From IMG/VR virus record IMGVR_UViG_3300044878_000082, positions 32,001 to 96,000 of that record: a stretch of DNA of 64,000 nt. The stretch is one strand, 5' to 3'. The notes below the pieces were generated by a model, which was not told the origin of the DNA, ran no database searches, and saw nothing but the letters and a program-made list of their open reading frames with translations. This DNA comes from a virus. The position numbers were made by a program, and so were the translations under genes. How positions within the stretch are numbered: the stretch's first letter is position 1; each line of letters opens with the position of its first letter. Shown piece after piece: positions 8,839 to 17,974 of this stretch.

Positions 8839-8991
8839 ATATATTCTATGTTTCAATGACCTTTTCAATAGTTTTGTGAAATCTGTTTAATTATATAGCA
8901 GCTATAACAAAATACGTTGTGGTCGCAATTGGTAAAGGCAGAATGCCGATTCCACCCCACTTATACTTATCCGATAAGTAAGGACTCAAAC

Positions 8992-11202
8992 ATGTCACTT
9001 CTGAAATACAAAGGTTCCGCTGGCTCGGCGCTGGCTAACGTGGTTTCTGCGCTGAAGCAAACCGTTGCTACCCAAGGTAGCGAGTTCTCCTCAAAAGGCA
9101 CTACCGGCAACCTGGTCTCGATGGAGAGCCTGGACGAAGCCGGCCACGCCGAACTGCATCGCGTCTGTAAAGACCTGTCTTCGGAAATCCGTGACGCGTT
9201 CAAAGCCCTGCGTCCTTCGATGGAAGACGGCGAAGAAGGCGGCGAAGAGCTGACCGAAGTACAACTGGAAGCTGGTGCCATCGCAGCCATGGCCGCAGGC
9301 GACCCTGCTGCTTACGCCGACGTAGCAATGCGTTCCCAGGCCGAACAAGGCGCTGGCATCGACGGCGTTGTTGACATCGGTTCGAGCGGTGCTGCTGGTT
9401 CCGTCGACACCCGCGACACTCCTTCGCTGGAATCGTTCGACGAACGTGAACTGGCCAAGTTCCTGCCTTACTCGATCGCCTTCAACGTGAAAGCGTCGGT
9501 TCAGGACAGCTTCTCGGAAATGTTCTACCCTACTACCGTTGTTCCGCCAGAACAAGGCGGCCTGGACATCACCGTTCGTCGTACCCTGGTACACAACGCC
9601 ATCCAGCACAGCAACACCGGTAAGGCCACCAACTGGAATCGTAAGAACCTGGTTGACGCCGCAATGGACCACACCATCTTGGCTGACGAGAGCACTGCTC
9701 TGGTTCCAGTGGTTCTGGCCAACGGCACCAACGCCGACATGTTCATCGACGAAAGCCTGCTGGCTCGCGAAGTTCGCCGCATCAGCAACGTTGACGTGAC
9801 CACCGCTCCACTCGCTATCAACCAGGAACTGAACCTGCTCGGCCTGTCCCAGCACCCTGGCCTGATCGGCGCTGGCGTGATCGACCACACCGACGCAATC
9901 GACAACAGCATTGGCCTGGACAAGATCTACGTTCAGATCGACGCTGCTGGTCCTCTGACCGATGGCGCTGACGTTATCGCTTTCACCACTCGTCGTCTGG
10001 CTCGCAGCCACTTCGTCAAGTCGGTTGAAGGTGCAAACCGTGAGATGAACCTGAACTTCCGTACTTCGGATCTGGTTCTCGACGCCAACACCAAGAACGT
10101 TGCCGGCGTTACTCCGGACGTACTGGCTGCCGTCGTATCGGGCGAACTGACTGTTCGTCTGGCCGTGAACCTGAACGGTGAGTTCGATACCCAACTGGGT
10201 AACGGTCGCGTTTACAGCTCGCCTGTAGTCGTTGACAGCATCGTGAACAAAGACGGTGTTGACATCTCCCTGACCGCTGGTGCTGGTGCAGCTATCGTTG
10301 CCTCCTTGGCCGGTTCGAAGGTTATTGCTTACGAGCTGAAAGCTGCTCGTACCAACAGCAACCGTCGTACCCGTGGTCTCCTGCTGGATACCAACGATCG
10401 TACCTTCCGTTTCCACATCCCACTGGGCGCTCCGATCTCGGCTCCTTCGCCAGCCGGTAGCAACCGTGACGCACGTGACCTGGAAGCACTGATCAGCGCT
10501 GCTCGCGTTCGTAACACCAACAACGCTGTGACCCGCCTGCTGAACTACGCAGAAACCCTGCGTGCTTACGCTGTCAGCGTCAAGCGTAACGACACCATTC
10601 CAGAAGTGGAAGGCGTCGGTCGTTTCCTGGTCAAGCCTTTCTTCGAAGAGAAAGAAATCGACCTGGAAGCTCAGGTATCGTCGATCCGTGACATGGACCG
10701 TGCCGAAGACATCAACGCGATCCTGGTTAACGCCATTCGTGACGTGTCGTACCGCATGTACCGTGACTCGGGCTACCAGCCAGCTCTGAACGCTGCCGTT
10801 GGTGGTTCCCAGCAGCCAAAACTGCTGATCGGTACCGACGTAGTTCTGCAACGTCACCTGATGGTCGTTGGCGACAGCCGCACCTTCGGTATCGCGTTCC
10901 CTGAATACCAAATCGAAAGTTCTTTCGACAGCCGTATGAAGGACACCATCGTCATCGCCCTGACCCGTACCGGTCAAGTCGAAGGCATCGACCCGCTCAC
11001 CTTCGGCGTTCACGCCTGGATTCCTGAGCTGGCTTCGAGCATGATGGTTCAGCGCGACGGTGGTACCTATCCAGAGGCCATGGTTCAACCACGTAACCTC
11101 CAGATCAACCACCTGCCGATGATGGCGATCATCAAAGTGAAAGGCCTGGACAAGGTCCTCACCTCCAAGGTGCCTGTATCTACCCAAGAGGTGCAGCCCT
11201 AA
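8992..11202 (+). CDS. major capsid protein precursor (phiKZ gp120-like)
   Basis: ~736 aa; N-terminal propeptide with SME/SLE protease motifs; FSEMFYPTTVV, ARTNSNRRTRG, GTD...HL and C-terminal VQPRNLQINHLP; strongest codon bias in the window. Confidence 0.9.
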   Translation: MSLLKYKGSAGSALANVVSALKQTVATQGSEFSSKGTTGNLVSMESLDEAGHAELHRVCKDLSSEIRDAFKALRPSMEDGEEGGEELTEVQLEAGAIAAMAAGDPAAYADVAMRSQAEQGAGIDGVVDIGSSGAAGSVDTRDTPSLESFDERELAKFLPYSIAFNVKASVQDSFSEMFYPTTVVPPEQGGLDITVRRTLVHNAIQHSNTGKATNWNRKNLVDAAMDHTILADESTALVPVVLANGTNADMFIDESLLAREVRRISNVDVTTAPLAINQELNLLGLSQHPGLIGAGVIDHTDAIDNSIGLDKIYVQIDAAGPLTDGADVIAFTTRRLARSHFVKSVEGANREMNLNFRTSDLVLDANTKNVAGVTPDVLAAVVSGELTVRLAVNLNGEFDTQLGNGRVYSSPVVVDSIVNKDGVDISLTAGAGAAIVASLAGSKVIAYELKAARTNSNRRTRGLLLDTNDRTFRFHIPLGAPISAPSPAGSNRDARDLEALISAARVRNTNNAVTRLLNYAETLRAYAVSVKRNDTIPEVEGVGRFLVKPFFEEKEIDLEAQVSSIRDMDRAEDINAILVNAIRDVSYRMYRDSGYQPALNAAVGGSQQPKLLIGTDVVLQRHLMVVGDSRTFGIAFPEYQIESSFDSRMKDTIVIALTRTGQVEGIDPLTFGVHAWIPELASSMMVQRDGGTYPEAMVQPRNLQINHLPMMAIIKVKGLDKVLTSKVPVSTQEVQP

Positions 11203-11207
11203 GCTGC

Positions 11208-11312
11208 TTCCAGGGATGGTACAAATCACTAGACTTCCGGGTCTGGTGTTCGCTCCACACCCTTGATGATTCGTCGTCAGGGGTGAGTCCTTTAAGTGGG
11301 GACACACTGGAA
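11208..11312 (+). ncRNA. candidate structured RNA (four-way junction) in capsid 3' UTR
   Basis: three hairpins closed by TTCCAG/CTGGAA; several G-U pairs. Confidence 0.5.
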
Positions 11313-11355
11313 CTCTCCCTGACCTTCGGGTCAGGGAGGGATTCCTTTTATGCCG
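11313..11355 (+). terminator. terminator hairpin followed by TTTTATGCCG
   Basis: CTCTCCCTGACC-TTCG-GGTCAGGGAGGG. Confidence 0.8.
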
Positions 11356-11375
11356 TCTGTGATTCAAAGCGATTT

Positions 11376-11400
11376 CAAGTGTATATTATCAAAGTGTACT
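11376..11400 (+). promoter_or_regulatory. probable early promoter variant (TATATTAT)
   Basis: TATATTAT at 11382-11389 with TG five nt downstream, as in the two full copies; lies upstream of the nvRNAP-subunit operon. Confidence 0.55.
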
Positions 11401-11447
11401 AAGAAGAGGATTATCAAGGGATAATACCTGATTGAGTGGAAATACCG

Positions 11448-12620
11448 ATGAGCCAGTACATCCCCAATAACCAACTCATTAACCATGAAGCGCCATTGAT
11501 CGAAGTGCCATCAATGTTGGCCCTTGGTCCTGGTTCCCAGCTTTCTATCGAGAAGGAGTTCTTTAACGGCTTCCGCAAGGCCGTTACAATGGTTGATCGC
11601 TCTGGTATGCCCCTCTGTATTCAGCCTATGAATGTACGAGGCCTGAGCAAGTTCATAGTACGCTACACGATCAAGTATCGAGCCGGTGTAAATATTGACG
11701 TAGAACGACTATCCAATGCAACGTCTGAAGGCATGAGAGCATTACGCGACGCAGTACTCAGCGGTAGTGTCAGACAGCGTATGGGGCAGTGTTTTGCCCA
11801 AGTGGATTATGGGGTAGATGAGGACGAGGTACAACGTAATGGAGGCTCCCTTTACTTAGTCAACCTAGACGTCGTGGTTTCCACGATGATCGGGGGTTAT
11901 GTCCCGCATCACCCATTCAGTCAAGACGGCGTCCGTAACCGCCTCGTGGCCGACAACGAAACTATCAATACAGCAGGAGTGGTGGGCTACAGTCTACAAA
12001 TCGTTGACAACGAAGACATCTTTGGGCCACGTTACATCAACATCAATAAGGAGATCTACCTAGTCCAACCTACCAAAGATCCAGGCAGGCTCAGTGGCGT
12101 GTATCGCGCTTCGACTTGTCCGGTGAGTGAGAGTGGTGGTGTTGGGAAGCCTCGGGCGGAGTACTTCGCATTCCCTGAAGCAGAAGCGTTACTTGGCATG
12201 TTCAAGTCTTACGAAGAAGCTACAGTGATGGGAGACATCGCAGCAGAGAAGAAACGCGAACTCGAAGCATTGTCGCTAGAGCTTAAACACCAGGAGCATC
12301 GGAATAAGCTGGAACGACTCGAGCGAGAGGAAGAGTTTGAAACATGGAGAAGAGATCTCGAGCAGAGACGTTTAGCGGAGGAAAGTGAACGCAAAGCACA
12401 GGACCATCGGTGGAAACTTGAGGAGGCTCGTATTAACGAAGCCGGAGCAAGACTCAAGGAGGAACAAACGCGAGTGGAGCACCTGCGAGCAATTGCAGCA
12501 CTAGAGCGTAAAGACCACTATGAAGAACGGAGCCACGTACGGAAGGACGCTTCGGAGTTTCTTAAATGGGTTCCAGCCATTGCCACTGGCATTGCGGCTC
12601 TCTTTCTAGCTTTCAAGTAG
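11448..12620 (+). CDS. conserved hypothetical protein with C-terminal coiled coil and hydrophobic tail (phiKZ gp122 position)
   Basis: E/R/K-rich coiled coil followed by LKWVPAIATGIAALFLAFK; synteny. Confidence 0.75.
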   Translation: MSQYIPNNQLINHEAPLIEVPSMLALGPGSQLSIEKEFFNGFRKAVTMVDRSGMPLCIQPMNVRGLSKFIVRYTIKYRAGVNIDVERLSNATSEGMRALRDAVLSGSVRQRMGQCFAQVDYGVDEDEVQRNGGSLYLVNLDVVVSTMIGGYVPHHPFSQDGVRNRLVADNETINTAGVVGYSLQIVDNEDIFGPRYININKEIYLVQPTKDPGRLSGVYRASTCPVSESGGVGKPRAEYFAFPEAEALLGMFKSYEEATVMGDIAAEKKRELEALSLELKHQEHRNKLERLEREEEFETWRRDLEQRRLAEESERKAQDHRWKLEEARINEAGARLKEEQTRVEHLRAIAALERKDHYEERSHVRKDASEFLKWVPAIATGIAALFLAFK

Positions 12621-12645
12621 TCGTTAGGTAAGGGTCGGATCAGAG

Positions 12646-14298
12646 ATGGACAACCACTTCTTCAACTTGGTCGAACGGGCTATCCCGCGCTTTAACGACA
12701 AGATCATGTCTGGTCTTGCGGTAGAGCAGATGCGTGGCGTTGAACGCTACGTGGATGGTTTGTTCAGGAGTATTTCGAAAAGCTTCCCAGAGGGCTTGAA
12801 ATACGAAGGCTGTCGTCGTTGCACTCCTCAGGAAGAGTTCAACGAGATTACACCGAAGCGTACCGGTAAGCCAGTGTTCGACATTGCGCGATCCGATTTG
12901 TTTCTGGTGGAGTACAACTTCAGCTATAATGGGGAACCACTGCTGAAGCGCTACATGTATCTTCCCTTTGTCCGCCAGGCGGGGTTGATCACAATTCGTG
13001 GCAGTACATTTAGTATCAGTCCAGTTTTGGCTGATCGGGCTATTAGCTATGGGGTTAACACGATATTCATTCCGTTGCAGGTGACGAAACTCACCTTTGA
13101 ACGGCTTGACCATACGTTCCGGATGTTCGACGTGGCTGACAACGGCGGAGAGACGGCATGGAATGAAACTGCAAACGTGGCGTGGGCCACTGTTTACAAT
13201 CGTAGCCCTGAGAAGGGTGCAAACTCGAAAAACCGTATCACCGCAAAACACACAATGGCGCACTACCTGTTCAGCAAGTATGGCGTTACCCAGACATTCA
13301 AGATGGTGTCTAACACAGACGTCCACGTCGGCTACCCGGATGAAGTCAACTATGACCTCTACCCGAAATCCGAATGGGTGATCTGTGGCTCGAAACAGAT
13401 GTGTCCACGAACCCTACGGGGGATGCGTCGGATTGGATATGTCGCAAGCAACTTGCGCATGGCCATTCCTCGTGCTTCGTGGAATACCAAGAATGTGGGT
13501 CTAGTTGCTGGCTTCTTCTACGTAGTGGATCATTTCCCGCAGCGCGTAGAACCAGAGTTCATCAACAGCACGCGTCTTTGGCGTATTCTGCTAGGTCACT
13601 TGATCTTTGGTTCAAACCAGAGTGAAGGTAAGTTGGCGGAAGAGGTCGAAAACCACATCGAGTCTTTGGACGAGTCCTTAGATGAACGATCGCGGTTGGA
13701 CCTACGAAGTGAGAATATCCTGGTAAACGACGTGTACGAGCTGTTTGCGTTTATCATTGGAGCACTGTCTGAGATGGTGATCCAGTCGGACAACGTGGAA
13801 TCCACGATGTACGATAAAGAGTTGATGGTCTTGCGCTATGCGCTGTTCGACATCAACAAGGCTATCTCCCACTTCAAGTTTGCACTGCAAAAGGCCGCAC
13901 GGAAACCAAAGATCAAAGAGGAAATCAATCTGGCACTGCGCCGGAACCTCACTTTGGATGCTATTACCAAGATCAACCGCCAACACGGTGAGGTGGCAGG
14001 TATCTCCAGCCCTGGGGATAACATGTACTTCAAGATCACGTCCAACCTCGTGCCTCAGACAAGCGCCACTGGTACTGGACGTAATAGCGGGAAGTCGGCT
14101 GCGACTGACGCCTCCAAATTGCTACACTCGTCTATCGTGGAGATCGGCTCGTATAACAACCTGCCGAAAGCAAGCCCAGATGGTCGGACACGTATCGGTA
14201 CGTGCGTGCAGTATGACTCGAACTATCGGGTTGTGCGTAGTGAGAAGTTCAGACCGTTGATCGACGAAGTTCAACGTAAAATCCAATTTACCAAGTAA
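12646..14298 (+). CDS. non-virion RNA polymerase beta-like subunit, N-terminal part (phiKZ gp123-like)
   Basis: GLKYEGCRRCTPQEEF, YLPFVRQAGLITIRGSTFSISPVLAD and LHSSIVEIGS...LPKASPDGRTRI (beta region with H-S motif); synteny after the capsid gene. Confidence 0.85.
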   Translation: MDNHFFNLVERAIPRFNDKIMSGLAVEQMRGVERYVDGLFRSISKSFPEGLKYEGCRRCTPQEEFNEITPKRTGKPVFDIARSDLFLVEYNFSYNGEPLLKRYMYLPFVRQAGLITIRGSTFSISPVLADRAISYGVNTIFIPLQVTKLTFERLDHTFRMFDVADNGGETAWNETANVAWATVYNRSPEKGANSKNRITAKHTMAHYLFSKYGVTQTFKMVSNTDVHVGYPDEVNYDLYPKSEWVICGSKQMCPRTLRGMRRIGYVASNLRMAIPRASWNTKNVGLVAGFFYVVDHFPQRVEPEFINSTRLWRILLGHLIFGSNQSEGKLAEEVENHIESLDESLDERSRLDLRSENILVNDVYELFAFIIGALSEMVIQSDNVESTMYDKELMVLRYALFDINKAISHFKFALQKAARKPKIKEEINLALRRNLTLDAITKINRQHGEVAGISSPGDNMYFKITSNLVPQTSATGTGRNSGKSAATDASKLLHSSIVEIGSYNNLPKASPDGRTRIGTCVQYDSNYRVVRSEKFRPLIDEVQRKIQFTK

Positions 14299-14309
14299 GG
14301 AGTGTGACC

Positions 14310-14411
14310 ATGAGTCTCGCACTTGAGGAAGTAGAGAGCTGTACTGCAAAGCCCAAATCAGCAGTAGCAGAGCATGGTCACATCAAATCCCCACTCGGTC
14401 AGTCTAAGTAA
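14310..14411 (+). CDS. 33-aa micro-ORF
   Basis: TAAGGAG SD overlapping the RNAP stop; fills the gap between genes; MSLALEEVESCTAKPKSAVAEHGHIKSPLGQSK. Confidence 0.5.
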   Translation: MSLALEEVESCTAKPKSAVAEHGHIKSPLGQSK

Positions 14412-14424
14412 ACGGAGCAACAAG

Positions 14425-16659
14425 ATGTTTTCCACCTTTAACCAGCCCAACGTGAATCAACTGCCGGTCTCGGCAACTGAAGTTAACCAGCAGTACTACT
14501 GTGCCGGTGCTCCGTATCAGGTTCCTTTCAAGAACGCGTTCCCTGACATCGTCAACGGCTACGTGATCAAGATGTTGCAGGACAGCGCTTTCAAGAACCC
14601 ACTGCGGATCTTCTTGTTCAACATGGCCAGCGCCAATGGCTATCAGAACGAGCTGTACCAGATGTTGGTAGCTTCGACTACCGCGCTGGCAGAAGCTCTC
14701 GCAGTTACGACCCAGGGGAACTCCCAGGAGCAACTCGTACTCAACGCTTCAAACGAAGTCGTTGCTTGTGCCACCGCAATGATGGCAAATCAATATCCCT
14801 CCCTGAAGAACATGATGGGTCAGGGTATTGAAGTTGAGATCAACCGTCTGATGTCTCGTCACCAGCAGATCGGGCAACTGATCGCGCAGGTGCAGCAACA
14901 GCAACAAAGCTTCGCCCAACCACAACCGCAAGGTCAGTGGGGCGGTGGCCACAACCAGTTCTCCCAACCGCAACAAGGTAGCTGGCCTCAGCAAGCTCAA
15001 GGTGCTTGGCCACAGAACCGTGCTCCAGCGCCAGCAGCAAACCCTAACATCAACTGGGGTCGCTTCGCTGGTGGTGCAGTTAACGCTCCACCTGCTGCAA
15101 GTACGTTCAACCCTAATGCGGGTGGTTACCAAGGTCGTGGGGGTCTGAGTGCAGCTCCGGCCCTCCCAGCACCTACACCAGCACCACAGGCAGCACCAGC
15201 AGCGTCTTCGGATTCCTTCGGGGGCGGTCAGTGGGGTGGTCGTAGCAGTTCCGATTGGCCAAAGCGTGCTGCTCCGGCAGCTCAGCCGAGTGCCATCGTT
15301 GAGGAAATGTTCCAGGACATGGGGACTCCAGCCATGCAACCGATCGAAAATGCTCAACAGAAGGCTTTCGCCGAAAGCGTACAGCGCCAACAGCAGAAGC
15401 CAGTACCTGAACCTTACATCGAGCCTACTCAGGCACCGGTGGCCACTCAAAGCCCTGGCGGTGTAACCAACCACGATACGATTGACGAATCCCGTCCTTA
15501 CGATCTGGTGCAACTGGACAGCGGTGTTGAAATCCGTCCTGCGCATCTCAGCCCGTGGAAACGTACCTGGACTATCGAGGCACCATGGGATATGGCCTTC
15601 GATCCAAACACCCACATGAAGTTCCACGTTCGTACTCCGGATGGCGTGGTGAAAGAAGTTGTCAAGGCAATCGCGCCTCAGGAAGCTGAGAAAATGGAAT
15701 ACCTGCAACACGAAATCAAGCAACGTACCCCGTACGTCCTGGACCCATCCAAGAAAGTCGTTCCAGTAGACTGGGATGAAGTAGCGACTCTGGATGCTCC
15801 ACAAGTAGTAATGGCGGACGATGGGGAAACCACTCCTGTGGAGAACCCTGAAGTGAAGATCATTCCGACCGAGCTGGGGGCACACTCGTTCGATGAGGCT
15901 GAGATCAAATACCTCAATGAAGTCATTGCGGTGGGATCTGAGCACTTCGACGGCAAAGTGCGTGAGTACTACTACCGGGACATGAAGCCAGTCAACGTTG
16001 ATGGCAACATGATCGGTGTGATGGTAGAGCTGAGCAAGAAACAAACGCTGAGCGCTGCTGCCAAGTTCCTGCGTGAACACCAAGAGAACGACGAGATCAC
16101 TCCTCGTCTGTACAACATCCTGAACAAGGAGCTGACTGCACGGGTGAACCAAGCCCTGAGCGTGAACCTGGGTTATGGCAACCAGTGCGTGATCGAGGAT
16201 TTCGTCCTCGACATCGACGATCTGGGCAACGAGCTGCACAACGATGCAATGGGTCTGCTGTGGTCTCTGCTGAACACAGAGCGCGCGTCGGACATCCTCA
16301 ACTCTGTAACCAACATCCTCAAAGGTGAGGAGTACTGGGACTACCTGGACAAACTGGGCAAGAACCTCAACAAGGAACACAAGGCAGACGTGATGCAAGT
16401 GCTGGCTCGTTATGAGCTGAACTCGGTCACTCACCTGCCATGGTCGCTGGAACTATACGCTGGTAAAACAGCAGAAGTCCTGAAGGCCAGCGAAAACCCT
16501 GCGGTACACAAAGCAATGATCGGTCTGTTGACTCGTACTGGGAAGAAACCTACCAAGTTCTCCCACCACTACGTTGTTGACATCAATGGTCGTGTAATGG
16601 AAATCCTGCCAGGCTACCTAGGTTCGAATTCCGTGCTGGTGCGTGCTGCTTCGGTGTAA
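14425..16659 (+). CDS. large hypothetical protein with a Q/P/G/A-rich low-complexity region
   Basis: GGAG SD; ~744 aa; central disordered segment. Confidence 0.85.
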   Translation: MFSTFNQPNVNQLPVSATEVNQQYYCAGAPYQVPFKNAFPDIVNGYVIKMLQDSAFKNPLRIFLFNMASANGYQNELYQMLVASTTALAEALAVTTQGNSQEQLVLNASNEVVACATAMMANQYPSLKNMMGQGIEVEINRLMSRHQQIGQLIAQVQQQQQSFAQPQPQGQWGGGHNQFSQPQQGSWPQQAQGAWPQNRAPAPAANPNINWGRFAGGAVNAPPAASTFNPNAGGYQGRGGLSAAPALPAPTPAPQAAPAASSDSFGGGQWGGRSSSDWPKRAAPAAQPSAIVEEMFQDMGTPAMQPIENAQQKAFAESVQRQQQKPVPEPYIEPTQAPVATQSPGGVTNHDTIDESRPYDLVQLDSGVEIRPAHLSPWKRTWTIEAPWDMAFDPNTHMKFHVRTPDGVVKEVVKAIAPQEAEKMEYLQHEIKQRTPYVLDPSKKVVPVDWDEVATLDAPQVVMADDGETTPVENPEVKIIPTELGAHSFDEAEIKYLNEVIAVGSEHFDGKVREYYYRDMKPVNVDGNMIGVMVELSKKQTLSAAAKFLREHQENDEITPRLYNILNKELTARVNQALSVNLGYGNQCVIEDFVLDIDDLGNELHNDAMGLLWSLLNTERASDILNSVTNILKGEEYWDYLDKLGKNLNKEHKADVMQVLARYELNSVTHLPWSLELYAGKTAEVLKASENPAVHKAMIGLLTRTGKKPTKFSHHYVVDINGRVMEILPGYLGSNSVLVRAASV

Positions 16660-16671
16660 GTGAAACGGTGA

Positions 16672-16700
16672 GGGGGACTTCGGTCCCCTTTACTATGCCC
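16672..16700 (+). terminator. hairpin followed by TATGCCC
   Basis: GGGGAC-TTCG-GTCCCC-TTT. Confidence 0.7.
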
Positions 16701-16723
16701 ACCACCTTCTATATAGGAACCGT

Positions 16724-17017
16724 ATGGATAACATGCGCCGTCGTGACTTTGTTAAGGTCATGAAATGCGAAAAGATGTTGTTAGGGCAACCTGTACTGAG
16801 CTACTGTGATAACTACGTCACCGTGGCTTTTGACTTCTACCCACGCGCACATGACTATGAGCGCTTTGAGCAGGCTGGCTGGGTAGTACACGGACACCTA
16901 GGTCACAATGACCTGTGTCTGAACATCCACAACCGTAAGTTCTTCGAAGTGACCTTCCGCCGAGTGGCCCGTGATACCTATATCGGTGCTAGCCCGGTTT
17001 CAATCGAATACCAGTAA
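16724..17017 (+). CDS. hypothetical protein
   Basis: AGGA SD; 97 aa. Confidence 0.65.
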   Translation: MDNMRRRDFVKVMKCEKMLLGQPVLSYCDNYVTVAFDFYPRAHDYERFEQAGWVVHGHLGHNDLCLNIHNRKFFEVTFRRVARDTYIGASPVSIEYQ

Positions 17018-17044
17018 TGCAACCTTTATTTAGGAAACGTGCGA

Positions 17045-17488
17045 ATGGCCGTTGAAAACGATGTAACTGATGTAGCTTTCCAACACGAGACTATCGTGAA
17101 GAACATGTATCAACTCAGTGCTGGTCCTTTACTGAGCTTTCTCTCCAAGGTGTACAGTATCGACAAGGCACCGTTCACCGAGGAAACTGAAGCCGTCAAG
17201 ACCCACATCTACTGGGGCTTTGATCGTACCTTCAACATCCATCTTAAGAAATCCGATGGTCACGAGTGTATCTTCAAGATCATTCCAAGCCCTCGGTCGA
17301 ATGATCGCATTCGCATTCAGTGTTCGGTCCCGATGTCGGTCCTGAGTTCGAAACGTAAGAATAGTCAGGCAATTGGCCTACCGTACTGGTTCCACCGTTT
17401 GATCCTGTTGTACTCGAAGACTATTCGAACCAACAGACCCGCAGAAGGCACCATGTTGCCACACTGCTCCTTCCCAACTTTCTTCTAA
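17045..17488 (+). CDS. hypothetical protein
   Basis: AGGA SD; operon context. Confidence 0.65.
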   Translation: MAVENDVTDVAFQHETIVKNMYQLSAGPLLSFLSKVYSIDKAPFTEETEAVKTHIYWGFDRTFNIHLKKSDGHECIFKIIPSPRSNDRIRIQCSVPMSVLSSKRKNSQAIGLPYWFHRLILLYSKTIRTNRPAEGTMLPHCSFPTFF

Positions 17489-17509
17489 TCCCTAACCTGA
17501 GTAGGTTTT

Positions 17510-17914
17510 ATGGCTCTCACAATTCTGCTTTTCAAAGACACCCCGTTCGAAGACGTACACAGCCAAACCGAACATTTCCTGAGTCTGCTCAGCATCTGCG
17601 ACGGCAAACACATCCGTGGCACCTGTAAGCACACCACGTTCGACGTTGACGGGATTGTGCAACATGGTTACATCCTCGACATCGAAGACGAGGTCATCCA
17701 CACCGACGACCTGTGGGTTATCTACGTGGGTCTCGAAAACGCGGTCGATCCCAAGTTCCGTGAACTGGGTACGGAAGTGTCGAACATGGTTGGTGCACCT
17801 ATGCTGATCGGCTACGTAGTGGCTGGTAACGGCGTGCTTCAATACAGTGGCGGCGCTAAGTACATCCGCGATCTCCACGCTACACATCGGCGGGCTGACA
17901 TAGCCGCTGTCTAA
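17510..17914 (+). CDS. hypothetical protein
   Basis: 134-aa ORF ending at a terminator. Confidence 0.7.
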   Translation: MALTILLFKDTPFEDVHSQTEHFLSLLSICDGKHIRGTCKHTTFDVDGIVQHGYILDIEDEVIHTDDLWVIYVGLENAVDPKFRELGTEVSNMVGAPMLIGYVVAGNGVLQYSGGAKYIRDLHATHRRADIAAV

Positions 17915-17917
17915 CAC

Positions 17918-17973
17918 ACGGCATAAAAGCAGGGGCTCGCACCCCTGCTTTTTTTTTTTGGCTTTTATGCCGT
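17918..17973. terminator. bidirectional terminator inside a 13-bp inverted repeat
   Basis: ACGGCATAAAAGC ... GCTTTTATGCCGT enclosing the GCAGGGG/CCCCTGC hairpin and a T run. Confidence 0.8.
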
Positions 17974-17974
17974 C

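Noticed and set aside
11250-11290. Hammerhead-like core (CTGACGA on the minus strand, TTGATGA on the plus strand)
   Set aside because: No stem II followed by GAAA and no suitable stems I/III; the bases are explained by a simple hairpin.
11208-11312. tRNA gene (cloverleaf-like fold)
   Set aside because: Arm lengths, linkers and lack of TTCRA and CCA features do not fit a tRNA.
9091-11367. 758-aa antisense ORF over the capsid gene (similar ones at 6746-7921, 14749-16434, 31273-32949, 42686-43837 and 56768-57952)
   Set aside because: They lie opposite well-supported genes whose codon bias avoids TTA/CTA/TCA; the translations look non-protein-like and show no motifs.
6734-14298. Inteins or introns in the helicase or RNAP genes
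   Set aside because: The proteins are continuous and of expected size, with no intein splice motifs or homing endonuclease signatures seen.
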